A DNA stretch of 64,000 nucleotides from Bilabrum cf. latius. Lineage: Eukaryota. The position numbers and the translations under genes were made by a program. Shown piece by piece: positions 1 through 13,200 of this stretch. Positions within the stretch are counted from its first letter, which is position 1. Each line of letters starts with the position of its first letter. The notes beneath the pieces were generated by a model, which ran no database searches, was not told the origin of the DNA, and saw only the letters and a list, made by a program, of their open reading frames with translations. The stretch spans positions 372,001 to 436,000 of the forward strand of contig OZ237735.1 in NCBI GenBank assembly GCA_965178125.1, given 5' to 3'.

Positions 1-353
1 CAGCACACACGGCGCGCGTTGGAACGGTGCTGCTTTGCTCTGGCTGCCTGCCAGCCAAGAGAGGGGCATGCGGTGGGCGAACGAACAGATCCAAGTCGCG
101 AGAGATGGGATTCGGGGTCGACTAGGATCATGGTGCAGGGCCAGTCATTCGTTTGACTTGCCCTGCAGTGGCTGATGAGGTCGCTGCTGCGTGTGTTTGC
201 CAGCCCGCTCTCCGATGGAGTGCAAACTCGTCGGGAGCCCTCTGGCGTCGGCCATCGGTTTTGGGATTGGATCAATTAGATCCATTGAATGGCCGAGCCG
301 CCAATTCGTTTTCGCGATGTCAATCTTAGATTCTGTACCTGGGGCAATCCAGT

Positions 354-1439
354 TCAAGGTCCACCCTTGCCCAAATCGGGCCCCGCTCCGTCCCGTGCCG
401 CCCCGCCACTCGCCGCCTCTCCCTCCCCCGCTGGACCAGCCGACCCCTTCGGCGGCTTGAACTCGCCGCACTCGAGCACCGTCCACTCGTCCACTGGCCT
501 CTCATTCAGCGCCGTGACCTTGGACATCTCCTCCAGGGCATCCAGCCCGCTCACCACCCTGCCAACGGCCTGGGCCTTGCCGTCCAGCGCGGGCAGGGAG
601 CGCAGCGTGACGTAAAATTGAGACGCGTTCGAGTTGGGCACGCCGCTCCCAGCCATGCCCACCACGCCTGCAGAGGCATGCGACAGCTTCAAGTGCTCGT
701 CCGCAAAGCATCCTTGCTTGGAAGTCGGATCCACGAACCCCTCGGGCACGGCCAGGGCGCCCTCAGGGCGGGCGTCGCCAGCGAAGGACGAGACGCCGCC
801 GTCACCATGCCCCCCGGCCACGTCCCCGCCTTGCACGAAGCCAGCCTCCACCACACGATGAAATGGGGTGCCTTTGTAGTGCAACACTTCGCCACCAGGC
901 CCCTTCCCGCACTCCCCGGTGCACAGGGCCCTGAAGTTGTCCGCGGCCCGTGGGCACGAATCGTGAAACAGCTCAATGATGATCTCCTTGGGAGACACCT
1001 CGCCTGCCCGCCCGACTTGCATGTACACCAACGGTTGCCTCAGCGCTAGTAGTGCAGAAGATCTTTCAGACTGCGTCTTGTCAGCAAGTTTTGGCTCATC
1101 CATTACCTGCCCGGTCCAATCCAGCGAGCTTCGCGCCCATCTTGCAAGCCCACTGGCATCTCCTAAAAGATCCCTACTCGGCAACATCACGACGCAACAG
1201 TCCTTTTTCCATGATCCAACCAGGTCGGTGTTATTACGTCTCCATTCATCGTAGTCACTTGGCAGGAGAGCGGTAGCTTCGCAGGATACATGTGAATATG
1301 ACGAAGCCAACCGTCGTCCCAACTCCTCAGCGGCATGATATGCGGCCGAACTGACGTTGCCAACTATACTCAAAACAACTGGCTCGATCTCATCCGTTCC
1401 TGCCATGCAATCAGCAGCTTTCGTATCTACAACGGACAT
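354..1439 (-). CDS. Cyclophilin-type peptidyl-prolyl cis-trans isomerase, PPIL6-like (N-terminal extension plus cyclophilin domain), 361 aa
   Basis: Motifs IELFHDSCPRAADNFRALCTGE, LHYKGTPFHRVV, FVQGGD, GVVGMA, NASQFYVTL and LDGK..AVGRVVSG. ATG start, TGA stop at 354-356, no internal TAG. Confidence 0.92.
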   Translation of the reverse strand: MSVVDTKAADCMAGTDEIEPVVLSIVGNVSSAAYHAAEELGRRLASSYSHVSCEATALLPSDYDEWRRNNTDLVGSWKKDCCVVMLPSRDLLGDASGLARWARSSLDWTGQVMDEPKLADKTQSERSSALLALRQPLVYMQVGRAGEVSPKEIIIELFHDSCPRAADNFRALCTGECGKGPGGEVLHYKGTPFHRVVEAGFVQGGDVAGGHGDGGVSSFAGDARPEGALAVPEGFVDPTSKQGCFADEHLKLSHASAGVVGMAGSGVPNSNASQFYVTLRSLPALDGKAQAVGRVVSGLDALEEMSKVTALNERPVDEWTVLECGEFKPPKGSAGPAGEGEAASGGAARDGAGPDLGKGGP

Positions 1440-1549
1440 TCCTCAATTTCGAGTACCGGTTGCAACCAGATGCACTGCACGAACTGAGCCGGACGCCCGG
1501 CGGACAGCAACTGCAAGTGAGGTCGCCGACACCTGGGAGTGCGGCACCC

Positions 1550-2794
1550 ATGAGTTTTTCTCTGGGAATTATTCTTATCCACGGCATGGCTGCGTTTGCG
1601 AACCAAGCTGAAATTGGGGGAATGGCAAGCGGCAAGTCCGTCAGTCCTGTCTCGGAAAGCCCCGGTGTGGGCAGCCAGACGAATGTTGACGGAATCATTC
1701 CGCCTGATATCCGCAGCTAGATTGAACGTGCAGCTAGAGAATAGGCCCAGCGTGACATTGAGCAACTGTTGAGGTCCAGGCAGTCGAAACGGACCGGCGT
1801 GCCGAAGCAGAATCGACGAATCCGGGCAATAGTTTATGACGATGGCACTGTGGAGGAATGCTGTTCTTGCAGTAGTGCTGCTGCCGGTGGGCCCCCACCC
1901 ACGTAGACGTAGGGCAAAAAGCGGCAGTCGTCTGTCCAATTTGACGAGACACCCTCAGGATTGCCCTCTGGCATTCTCCCTGGCTCCATTGAAGAATCAA
2001 TAGCACGCAAACACCAAAATAGGCAAAGTGCGTATTCTGCTGCACAACGGAAGTTCTTGAGGGAGGCGCCTAGCACCGGTGTTGGAGGTGCCGATAGCAG
2101 AGCCAGCGCAACCACAGGAGATAGCGGGCGGCAACTCGAGAGCACGGACAGTCGAGCTGAGCCACTCTCAAGTCAAGAGGTTTTGCACAACGCAGCAATT
2201 GTAGAGAGAGATGGCAAGCCCGCAAACCAAGCTGAAATACGTCAGGCGTCTGGTTTCCTGGACCACGATCCTGCACAGTTGGGCGGTCTCGACCTGTCAA
2301 GCATTGAATCAGAAATAGCAAAGGCTCTGGAAGGTGCCTTCTCGTCCGGAGACATTGACCTCAGTCGGCTTCTATCCGGCTCTGGCGCTTCAGGCGACCT
2401 CTAGCCTCAGTCTGATGGCGACGGACCACATGGGCGTCATGGTGCCCACGATGGCAATCGTGGTGGCGCTAGCGAGTCCTCAGAGGTAGACATGCTCACC
2501 TCGCTGCTCTAGCGCGAGTCATTGGGCGATATGCTCGGTGGCATCCTGTCCGAAGAGGATATCCGGCAGGCAGTGATAGAGGCGACCAAGGACGTCAGTC
2601 CGGAAGATAGACAGGGTTTGGAACCTGCGGTGAAAAGTGCAGATCCATCCTCTAACTGAGCACAGTCCGGATCGTCTGTACAGTTTGAACATGCCATGGC
2701 AGACGCAGGCAAGGCGATCGTCGAGTTCATAGAGGGACTCGCACTGGTGCGAAAGTGCACCTTTCAAATTCTGAGACTGGACGAGCAAGTTTGA
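1550..2794 (+). CDS. Hypothetical protein with a possible signal peptide; needs TAG=Gln and a probable 36-nt intron (2630-2665)
   Basis: ORF-track pieces 1460-1720 and 1961-2404 are one frame separated only by TAG codons. The N-terminus MSFSLGIILIHGMAAFA is hydrophobic. The in-frame TGA at 2657 lies inside GTGAAA...CTAAC...CACAG; the frame then runs to TGA 2792-2794. No family recognised. Confidence 0.6.
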
Positions 2795-2811
2795 CACAAC
2801 AAAGCGTAGAA

Positions 2812-3337
2812 ATGGCGGCTGCAACGTCCGGTGCTGCAAGTGAAATCGTAATGCGTAAGTTCTGTCCGCTGTGTACTTGATCTTTGCATGCCAGGATTGC
2901 TAAGTCAAACTTTGAGAGGTGATTGCACTTTATCATTCTGTATCGCAGCCCGATCTTTCAAGCTGCTCGAGGAGCTGGAAGACGAAAAAACTGGGAAATC
3001 TGTTGCTGGGGTTAGTATTGGTCTAGCAAAGGCTGATGATGAGCTGTTGTAGGAGTTCGCTGGCAGCGTAATACCGATGCGGGGCCCCCTGGAAGGCAGA
3101 TTCCTTGAGGTCAAGATAACCCCGCCTGAAGAGTATCCGAAAGAGCGTCCCGTCCTGAAGTTTAAGTCAAAGATTAATGCAGATTTTGTGGACTCATCAG
3201 GAAACGTAGATGCTGCCAAAGTTGCGGCTTTGAGCGGATGGATACACTCCAGCAAGATGGCTGCTGTCCTTGGTGAACTCAGAGCCTTGTGCGAAGGACT
3301 GAAGGTGTCCTAGCCCGAAGATGGGTCTACATATTGA
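2812..3337 (+). CDS. MMS2: Ubiquitin-conjugating enzyme E2 variant (UEV1/Mms2); exons 2812-2854 and 2949-3337
   Basis: The spliced product reads EIVMPRSFKLLEELE...YPKERPVLKFKSKIN...LSGW...VLGELR...KVS[Q]PEDGSTY*. This matches UEV hallmarks (PRNFRLLEELE, KLPQPPEG). Intron GTAAGT...CGCAG at 2855-2948, in-frame TAG at 3050 and 3311, stop TGA. Confidence 0.9.
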
Positions 3338-3605
3338 ATTGCAGTGAGCACGACACAGGCTTACCCGACAAACCCTGAGCTATTTTCTATTTATGCCACT
3401 GAAACCCCACCTCAGCTCAGCAGGCACATCGCATAGCAACAACATACCCAGCCATAATCTGAAAATATTAACCACTCTGATGCGCGTCGTATCACCAAGA
3501 AACGGGCCACAAGCAAAGATCAGCTTTGTCGAATGCGGTGCAGCCAACTGCAACCACATGGTGATGGCTGTAAAACGATCCGCACAAGACCAAACGCTTT
3601 ATCAG

Positions 3606-6600
3606 ATGGCAGAACATGAAAATGATGACCCATACGATCCGATCGATCTTACTTCAGGCGACGCTGGACTCCAGACTTGCGGGCAATCAGCAGCACCTCC
3701 TTTTGCGACTGCTGCCGTAGCATACGATGAAGCAGTCGAAGTAAATGCTGGCTGCAGCGACATTGAAGGATCGAGCATAAAGGGTGGTAGTAACGATACG
3801 GGTGGCGATAGCCATGGCTCCCGGGCAGATGCATTCAGGGCTGTTCACGTTCCAAGGTGGCTGCGGGCCCCATCTGATGAGCCTGCGTCGGACCAGCCGG
3901 CCACCATTTCTCGGTTGTCTCCATATTATCCGTGGAGCGACACGTTTGAAGCCGCGCAGGACATGCCGTCTGATACTCCGCGGCAGTCATTTGAGCGTGA
4001 AAAGGCACTGCTTGGGCTCGTGTGCGATTTCGAGCGGCTTGCGAGACGACTTGCGGCAATTCTTGCAGCTGAGCATGGACTTCCAGCTGATCAGCGAATA
4101 TTACGACCGACGAGTGGCCTAGGTGGCATCGCAGGAGGGTATAAAGTCCTCTGTGGCAATGTCTTTCTCAAGACTAGCGTGGATCACGCCGGAATATACG
4201 GGGGGGATGCTCACGCCGGGAAAGCAGTGTTCGAGCCATGAACTGAAGAGCCTGCGCAGTCTTCTCAGTGTTAGGGTGCCCGGGCTTTACTTACCACTGA
4301 TGGCCACCGCCCGCAGCGCGGGAATCACGGTGGTAGCCATCGCCCGGCTGCCAATCGGAGACCACACTCTCGTGTACGGCTCGTGCGACGCAGGCAATAC
4401 GGTGCGAATCAGAGACCACGCAATGAACGACATGGTCAGGCGAGTGTGCAGGAGGCTGAACCTAGGAGCGCACCCCGTTGGCGTGACTCCATTTGCGGCG
4501 CCGCCGTCCAAGCCCCAGTGGCTGCAGTCAGCTCCGGGCGATGCACCGGTCAGGAGCTCTGTCGTGCTGCGAGCCGCCGGCTCGAGGTAGGAAGGAGACG
4601 ATGGGTCAGAAGAGACATAGGGGCGACGACAAGAGGCGGCTGGAGGGAGTTCGCGGGCGGTGGGAGCAGGTGGCACACCAGGATTGCGACACGAAAGCGC
4701 AGCCTCAGGTGCTGCACCAGGTGCCAGCACTGCGGCGGGTGCATGTGCTGGCACGAGTGCCGGCGCTAGCGATTCGAGCGGCAGTGAGCCAACGGTCACA
4801 CCATACCCAGCCGCTGAGTCAGTCAGGTCGGCACAGGAGCTCAGACCACAACCGACTGAGTCTGCAAGCTTGATGGCCAGTCGGGATGACACGAACACGC
4901 AAGAGGTCCAGGACAAGACGAGGCTGCACCTGCATTCTGCCAAGCACCCGTTGCATCCTCGCGCCATGCGAGTCGGCCAGGCCGGAGCAGAGCGCCACTA
5001 TGCCGGCCACACTGTCTTGTGGGGGGCCTGTGATTTGGAGGGGCACCTGGTCAGGAGCAGGGCACAGCAACAGCCTGCAGGGGCAGAGGGCCAAATTACA
5101 GAGAGTACAGCAGACCCAGTGGCTTCTAGCACCCAGCCTATCGTAGCAACATAGTCCGATTCGAGTTCGGACGCACCTGCCGAGAGGCGCTACCTGCTAG
5201 ACACTGCCCGTCTGTTCCCCGCCTTCAGACCTCGGTACCGATCCAGCGGCGAGGTTGTGCCCGCCGTCAGCGAGGCCTTGGGTCCCAACTCGGACCAGAG
5301 GGCACTGGTGGTCATCCCAGCGCAGGAGAGCCACCAGGTCAGGGAGTTTCATCCGACCAACCCGGATCGCTCGTGGTACAAAGAGGCGGTTCATATCCTG
5401 TCCAGATGCATTGGGACGAAGCTTCGCTACGCAGAGTAGATCTACCGCGATCTGCTCCAAGGGCAGCGACAGCAAACGGCAGGCAGCGAGCAGTAGCAAG
5501 GGCCAGCGACTCCCATCTCTGTCGGCCAGCTAGAAGACGCGATGCGCAGAACTCCTCTGCGCGAAGAAAGCGTGAGGTACACGGACAGTGAAGACCTGGT
5601 CCGCATCAAGCGAGCCAGACGGTCTCCGCGGGGCTCTGGAGTCATGGTGCAAGCTATCGAACTCGACCTGTCAGGTGAAGACTCCCCGCTAGTTCGGCAG
5701 GATGCGGCTTCTTTGGCACCTTTCTCATAGGCGAGCCTGAATGCATGGCTGTGCGGTGGCGTCGCGTCGGGTGCAGAGCAGAATTAGCCAGAAGCCGATC
5801 GAGCTAGATGGCGTTGCATTACTGAGCATTGGGCCGGCATAGATGTGCTAGAAGGCGTTGTGCCACGGTCGTCATTTGGGCTTTCCGGTGGAGTGCCCGC
5901 CATGGCGCACTTTCCGCCGGGTTGGCATGACGTGTTCGATGCTCCAGCCAGCCAGGCGGCAGTTCCTGCAGAGGCAGCAGCACTGGGGCGAGGAGCGGCT
6001 GGGTCGCACGCAGACGACCGTCCCAACATCAACACGCGTGCAAGCGCTCTGCTTGGTGTACAAGTGACAGGCGATGTGGTGCTGTGCCTTGGAGTGGGGC
6101 AGCCCCTGTTCAAGCTGCTTCGGCCGGAGGCTGTACTGAAGCACCCTAAGCCTCTGTCCAGCGATGCATTTTCGGGATTTTCCCAGTGCCGCATGTGCAA
6201 GATCAATGCTTGCGGGCACTGCAGCAAGTTCTTCAACGAAGAGGTCCAGCAGGCTGCGATGGTAGTGCTTCGCGACAGGATTCGTGAGCTAGCCCGGCAG
6301 TTGGTGGATGGAAGCGTGTCCATCAGCGACTCTGATCAGCTGTGTTCCGTGCTTCACTCCAAGGGCATTAATTTGAGGTACCTCGGCTTGTTGCGTGCCA
6401 GCATACGGTCTCTTGCAGACAAGGAGCTAGCGGGTAGCGGACAGACTAATGCCTTTCGGGTGGAAAACGGTTCCAGACGAGGCTCACTGCAGGCTGGACT
6501 CAGCGCCGGGACTGGGATCGCTGGCTCGGATGGAGCGAGGGCAGCAGTGTCTGGTGCCTCTTCTCAGTGGATCTAGTCTCTTTTGCTGCAAGAGATGGTG

Positions 6601-9600
6601 GCACGCACCCTCCGAGTGTCTCTTGAGGAACGGATGCGGCTCGCGTTCAGACTGCACGGCGCGGATAGGCACAGGGCAGGCACAGATGCTCGGGAAGCAT
6701 CCGACGAGCTTGATGTGGCGTCTATTGTGGCTGCCTCTTTTTTGAACGTGGCCTTCGGCAGCAGCCGATTCACTTCGAGGCTCTGGCCTCGGCTACTGGT
6801 CGCGCTGTAGTATAAGTACGGCGTGCTGGCGTTGTCACCAGAGGAGCGCGAGCCGGGCAACTGGATTTTCGACAGCTCGGGACTCAAGCCCGTACCTCTA
6901 CTGCTGCGACTTGTGTCTCTGGCTGGCCTCGAGTTCGATGCGGCTCCGAGGGGTGCTGAAAGTGGCACGCTAATGGCAAGCACTGCAGCGCGTGCATCCG
7001 CTGTAGACGGTGTCGGGGGAAGGAACCCAGAAACGCCTGACAGCACACCTTCGCATTGGAATCGCTGGAATGCTGCGTATGATGGACCGCTCTGTGCAAT
7101 CCTGCGAAATCCTGAGGCGATGTCACTAGCTGCGGCGCCCTTCACCTATTCTTCTATCAACAAAGATACTGCAAGGCGCGAAGATGTACCTTCAGCCCTG
7201 GTGTGCGTTCGCGTTGTACCAAGGTCGAAGCCTATGGTACATCGAGACGACATGGTCAGGTCCATTGAAGAGCTTGCCGTCTCTGAGTCTCGCTCAAGGA
7301 CTGCAAGCCTCGCTGAGGACGGTGCTCCAAGCGCTGGCCCTGGCCATGGTCGTGAGCTAGACAGAGTTCACACGTTAGTCTAGATCGTTCGACTGGCAAC
7401 GGATGCGTTCGGCCAGCGAGATGCATACACGCTCAGCGCCCAAGTATAGCTTGGGTCGGAATTGACGCGCAGGCAGCGATCTGCCGAGGGCAAAGCGCAT
7501 GTGTTGGCAGCGTTGCAATCCATGACACCCCAGAATAGCTCAGACGGCTTGCAGGGGGCCGGACATCCGGAAGCAAGCTCGGTCTCCGAGTCGGACGACC
7601 AAGGCCTTCCGCTCCATCTTACAATCGCTGGCGTTGAAGCCCGTTGCGCCCTAGGCGAAGCGTTGGAGCTGTAGGGCGCCTTCGACGCGGCACTTGAGAC
7701 TTACCGTCACGCTCTAGCACGGGTCAGGCTGCTAGCTCCGCTGCATCCCCTCGTTGGCAAGCTCAGCTGCTGCGTTGGTAGAGTGCTGCTGCTGCACCCT
7801 AGCCCGACACGTGGTTGCACGGATAGCACGAGCCTAGGTGCATCGAGCGTCGCGGTCTAGACCCCTGGAGACGTCGCCGGCTCCATTGGCTCTGAACTGG
7901 AGCATGGGGCAAGTGCAATCGCCGCGGTCCGAGCCGCCTTCAAAGTGTACGATTCCCTTCTGGCAGGGTCCGACTCGCCATCTTCCATCGTGCAGCTCTT
8001 AGTGCCGGCTTTGCTATCTGGCAAAGTGGGTGATGTGGCAGCTTCAATCAGCTCTACCTGCCAGCTGGTGCGGGGGTTCGTGCAGCAGCAGGCACAGGCG
8101 CTCGCTTTGATGGGCGTGCAAGACGTAAAACGCAGAGCCTTAGGTACTGCGCCGATGGAACGATCGAGCGGTATCAAGTAGATTGCCAAAGCCCGATCGT
8201 TGGATCAACCCCAGGGAAGCGATGGAGCCGGAGCCCGGGTGATCAAGCTTGCCAACGGCCTCAGATTTGGCGTGCCTGCAGGCAGGCCCGAAAGCACAAT
8301 CACTATGCTACCATTCTACTGGCACGGCGAAGACGATGCAGAACTGGCTGTCAAGGCTCTACTACGCCGGTTGGGGGGAAGCAGAGCCCTCGAGGAGGCA
8401 GACAAGCACGCAGGGGAACTCGCTGGGGTCAAGCACGCTTCCGGCGTAGCCGCTGCCGCATCCGTCCCACCCCCACGGACTGCGAGCAGCTTGCCTGCCG
8501 CTCCAGACCTTTCCCAGGTGGAGCAGTCATTGGTGCCGCCAGCCATGGGGCGTTCCAAGAGCGATGAGCTGTTTGATGAGCTGCAGGCAGGCGATGTGCC
8601 TCGCTCTGACAAGGATGCAGCGGGTGCAGGAAATGGTACCGGGTTGGTGGAAGCTGGCGGTACCTCGGGGGACAGTGCCGAGCAGGAGGCATGCATACGT
8701 GCCATTCAAGCGGGACGAGCAACCTTGCACCGGCTAGTCCGCTCCCTTGCACTTCTCGAGGACATGATTGGGGCCCCCCGCGGGTCGAATCTCGGGCTTA
8801 GCGGAAGGCTGTTTGGCAGCTCAGGCATCACGGGAAGTGCAGACGCGTTCAACGAGTGGGTGCTGGGCGATGAGCTCTTCACCAAGCCGATACCGCAGCG
8901 GCAGTCATCCTTTGCGAGCTGTGGCGACGACGGGTCGTCCTCTCGAGACATCTTCGATTCTGGGGAAGCCATTTCTGTCTCTGCAGCTCGCGCTTCTGGC
9001 CTGCGTATGGCATCGGATGATGCCTCCGCAGTGGTGGAAATTCTCGGCCCAATCGTCAAGTGGGCACAAGCTGGCGATATGGCGTGCTCTCTGCTGCGAT
9101 TCGCCAGCTCTACTGGAGTTGCGCTGGAGTCGCACGAAGTCAACGAGGTCTATCTCGAAGGACCCACCAGGGTGCGATGCACCCTCTGCGCGACGACTCA
9201 CCCAGGAGTGCTAGCAGCATGGTACATGCCAGTCAGGTCGGGCTGGTATAGGTTGGTAGCTTCAGTACGCGGCCCAGACGGCGCCCTCGGGGAGCACGTT
9301 TCGTCTCAAGACTGTCTGTGCGTGGTGCCGGGTCTGCCCGATATCAGGTCTGCTGCGGTATTTCTTCCCTCGAAAGTGTACACGCACCAGATCCTCATGG
9401 GGAGGGTCGACTGCAGAGACTGCTGTGGCAACATACGAATGAACCCGCTGGATCAGCTGCACATGGTCGGGGCTCTGTCTGGCAGGCGCACGCATACCAT
9501 GTGCCGCATCCGTGCAGACGTAGGGCTCGACGGCATGGTGGCATCATCGCCTACAGCTCGCGTGCAGTCGATTCCAAAGGAAATGAGTATCAGCGACATG

Positions 9601-10125
9601 AACCTCCGGGTTGGGGTCGTCAACTCTGCCGGGGAATACCAACTGGACATGAGATCTGCGACGGCACCTGACGGCACATTTGTCGATCCTCCACATTGGT
9701 TGGTGTGGCGCTGCTTCATGCCCGCTACAACCATGACCTCTGGTCCTTGGATGTTCAACTGTGAGCACGGAGCCGTGCTTAAGTCATACGAGGTTTGCAG
9801 GGTGGAAGTCGTTGACACCCCTGGCACCAACAGTCTGTGTCCTCATCGAGTTAACGACATGTTTAGCTGTGAGGCGACGCTCTGCTAGATGTGCTCCATG
9901 CGGTGGGCCAACAAGTGCACGCTGTGCGATAGCATACTGGTAGGTCGTACTACCATGGCCAGACTTTGCCAGAACCATGCGCGGCAACACGGTGGGTCTG
10001 GCTTTGCTAAGCCGCACTGCATCAGGTGTGGGGGCCTATGCACATTGAACACGCGCGTCGCACGGCTGTGCTCCCGATGCTCCGTCACAAAGGCGATACA
10101 GTGCGTGTGGAAGGGCAAACACTAA
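3606..10125 (+). CDS. Clu (CLUH/TIF31-like) domain protein with TPR-like helices, a filamin/Ig-like segment and a C-terminal PHF5-like Cys-rich zinc finger (~2,170 aa); one apparent frameshift at ~4228
   Basis: Clu motifs GGIAGGYK, HELKSL, LPI...TLVYGSCDAG, DLEGH, RYLLDTARLFP, LLRPEAV..LSSDAFS, LHSKGINLRYLG and EMVAR. From ~4234 to TAA 10123-10125 the gene is one frame broken only by TAG. Confidence 0.8.
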
Positions 10126-10250
10126 TGTAGCCATTATTTGGATTTGGTAGGTCGGGCTATTCTTGCAGTGTGGCATGCAAATCTGGTAAAAAAGTGGAGT
10201 GTTCATGGTCATTCATACAACATATACTATACTTACTAGTTCCCAAGCTG

Positions 10251-13200
10251 TTACACCTGTTCCGACGGCCCTACAAGGCGTTCTTTTACGTACCAGGGAG
10301 GAAGAGGAGCTCCACCCTCGTCGGTAACCACCCTGAGAAACCGCACCTCGACGTCGTCTACGGCTGCATGCTCTTCATCATCTGAGTTTGGTCCTTTCAT
10401 CGCAGGGAATAGCGCAACTCCACCCATAGGTACATGATGTCGCTAGCCACCCACAGCTGTGCGCTGGTGAGGCCTTGCAGCGCTCGTTGGTGGAGAGGGA
10501 TCTCTTGCAGACGTGACGCCAAGCTAGCGCTGCGGTCGCGAGGGGCCATCGCCAGCGGCAGCCGCGGCGTCTGCGGCGGGGGAGACAGGCTCGGAAGCCT
10601 TGCCCCCAGTCCGACTCGAGGCCCCTGAATAGGGCAGGTGCCGCTCTCCGCTTCCGTCACTCCCGCAGTCTGATTGCAGCGGTGTAGACGGGGCGACAAG
10701 GGCCGGCTGGTCTTGCCGGTCCCGGTGCTTAGGCGCTCCTGGTGACCCCACGATCTGCGTCCTCTGGGGTGCGCTGGCTCGTATGGCCTGCTGAATCGCA
10801 TCCCTGAGGCTGTGAATCTCGCTCCTGCTCTCCAGCACGCGGCCCAGCTCCCTCTGCAATCCGTTGCGAGACTCCTCCAGCGCGCGGCACCGTGCCTCGC
10901 AGGTCTACAGGGCCTCTTTCGCCGCCAAGCACTCTCCCTATAGCCGCCGCATCTCACTTTCTTTGCTTCGAAGGGCCTTCACGACGTATGCTTCCGGCTC
11001 GGCGGCCTTGGCGATGTCCTCTTCCATGCCCAGCATCGCGGCACGCAGCTCCTGCGCGGTGCGACGCGCAGCCTCCAGTTGAGCCTTCAGGCCGTGCACC
11101 TCGCGGGTACGAATGACCAATAGGTGCGCCAGCCTGACTCCCTGTCTCACCCGGCGCTACGCCCCGACGGGGAGGCCACCCAGGAGCGCCTCATTGGAGT
11201 CGACGGTAGGAAAATCTGAAGGCCCTGAAGGTCTCTCTGGAGACTTGCTTTCAGAGTGACCGGAGGACCGCTACGCACCCTTGCCGGCATCAGAGCCCGC
11301 AGTTGAGCCATCGGCATCTGCCTCTTCGGCATCGCTGCCACCTGCACCCTGGATCAAACCCGCAGCCGCGCGGCCCGCTGCGAGCACCGTGGCATCCAAC
11401 TCCGCCTCTAGGGCCTAATACGCCCGCACCTTTGCCTTCTCGTGCTCTAGGCTGGCTCGCAGCTCGGCTCGCTCTTGCTCCGTGCTGGCTCCCACCCTCT
11501 GCAGCTCTCCACGCGCCACATCAAGCTGCCTCCGCAGGATTTCTCCACGCTCCTCCGCGGCAGTGCGTCCTTCCTGCGCTTCACCCAGGGCGGCGTTGCA
11601 CTTCTCGAGCTCAAATGACTTGACCCTGCAGTCTGCCTTTGCCTGCGCCAGCTGCTCTTGCATGCTTCGAAGGTCATCCTCCAGCTGCTTGGATGTCTGT
11701 CGTCTTGACGACTCTGAGGCATCCAACCGCTCTTGCAGCGCCCGAATCTGCACGGACTGGTCGTCGATCCGCCCTTGCGCATGCCTGGACTCTCTCGCCC
11801 TCAGCTCCTCTGCCTCCCCGCGCACCTTGGCGACCTCCACCGCCGCTTCCTCCCTCAATCTCTGCAGCTCGGCCTCCAGCTTCAGTGACTCGCTGGCAGA
11901 TCGCTCGTCCCTCTCCCGCTGCAGGGTATCCCGTACCTGCTCCCGCCCTGCCTCTGCCTGGCTGAGACGAGCCTCAAGCTCCTGTGCTCGGGCGCTAACC
12001 CGCCTCAGCTCCCTGTCTGCGTCTTCCGCCTATCTCTGCCACCTCGTCCTCTCGGCTGCGAGGGCCTCGTCCTTGGCCTTGAAGTCCCCCAGTTCCCCAC
12101 GGAGCCGCTCTCTCTGGTCCTGCAGGTCGTTGACGTTTTCCTCCGCTGCCCCCAGGGCATGGCTCATCTCGTCCACCCGTCTCTGCAGGGAGATGCGCTC
12201 GGCTTCCGCGGCGTCGAAGGCGTCCCCCTTCCCTTGCAGCTGGTCGCAGCGCTGTTCCAGCCCGCGCACCCTGTCTCGCAGTCGCTCTGCCCGCTCCTCG
12301 GCGTCTCTGGCCCTGCCTTCTGCATCCTCGCAGGCAGTTTCGGCCGCCCTGGCCCTGCGCACGGCCTCCCTCTGCTGCCTATCGGAGGCGGAGGCCTGCC
12401 CACCCAACGTCTCTCGTGCCTGGTCAAGTTCCCGCCGGACAGTCTCGAGCTCCCGCCGCAGCGGTGCCGTGGCCTCTTTCAGCCGCAGGCACATCCTCTC
12501 GCGCAGGCTGAGGCTGTCCTTGGGTCTCCTGCGCAGCTCCTCCGCCGCGCCCTCGCTGAGCGAGAGGTCGGCTGCATCCAGCTCTGCCTCCGTGGCACCC
12601 GCCCTCATGTGCTCCACCTCGCGCTGCAGAGACGCCAGCTGCTCCTAGTGCGACTTCCTGAGCGACTCCACCGACGCCTCCGCCTGCCTTGCCCTTGCCT
12701 CTGCTCTGCTCGCCCCTGCCTCGGCCTGCGCCGCCCGGATGGTCTGGCCGTGGAGGGCGTCCTCCAGCTCGTCGACGCGATCCGCCAGGCGAGTGTTCTA
12801 AACGTCCAGCGCATGGGCGCGTCCTTCTGCTGCGGCAATTTCGCGCGCAGAGGATGCCCTTGCGCGGCCGCCAGACGGGTATCCAGGCGACAGCCCAGCT
12901 GCCGTCAACGTGAATGAAGAGTCACCGAATGTGTCGCTATCATCGATTCGAGGGGTCGGAGCTGACCACCCCACTGGCTTCTAGCTGCTATAATGCTCAT
13001 CTTTTAATCCATGCCCAACGCCCTGTCGTTGCGCAGCGCGATGGCTGCTGCGTCTCGGCGGCGTTTGCAGGTCCCGAATCACTGAAGATGGCAGAGACAG
13101 GTCCACCGATGCATCTCCTCCCGAAGATCCTCCACTTTCTAGGGCATGATCTGATTTACCTCGTTGGCCTCTCTGAGGTGTCTTTCTCAGCGCTGATCGC

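Noticed and set aside
1-176. Possible 3' end of a plus-strand gene at the window edge
   Set aside because: A frame is open to TGA at about 173, but it has no recognisable motif and is too short to support a call.
11482-12917. Long plus-strand ORFs (388 aa, 252 aa) and similar long antisense ORFs elsewhere
   Set aside because: They are shadows of GC-rich coding sequence on the opposite strand, with S/R/C-rich nonsense composition.
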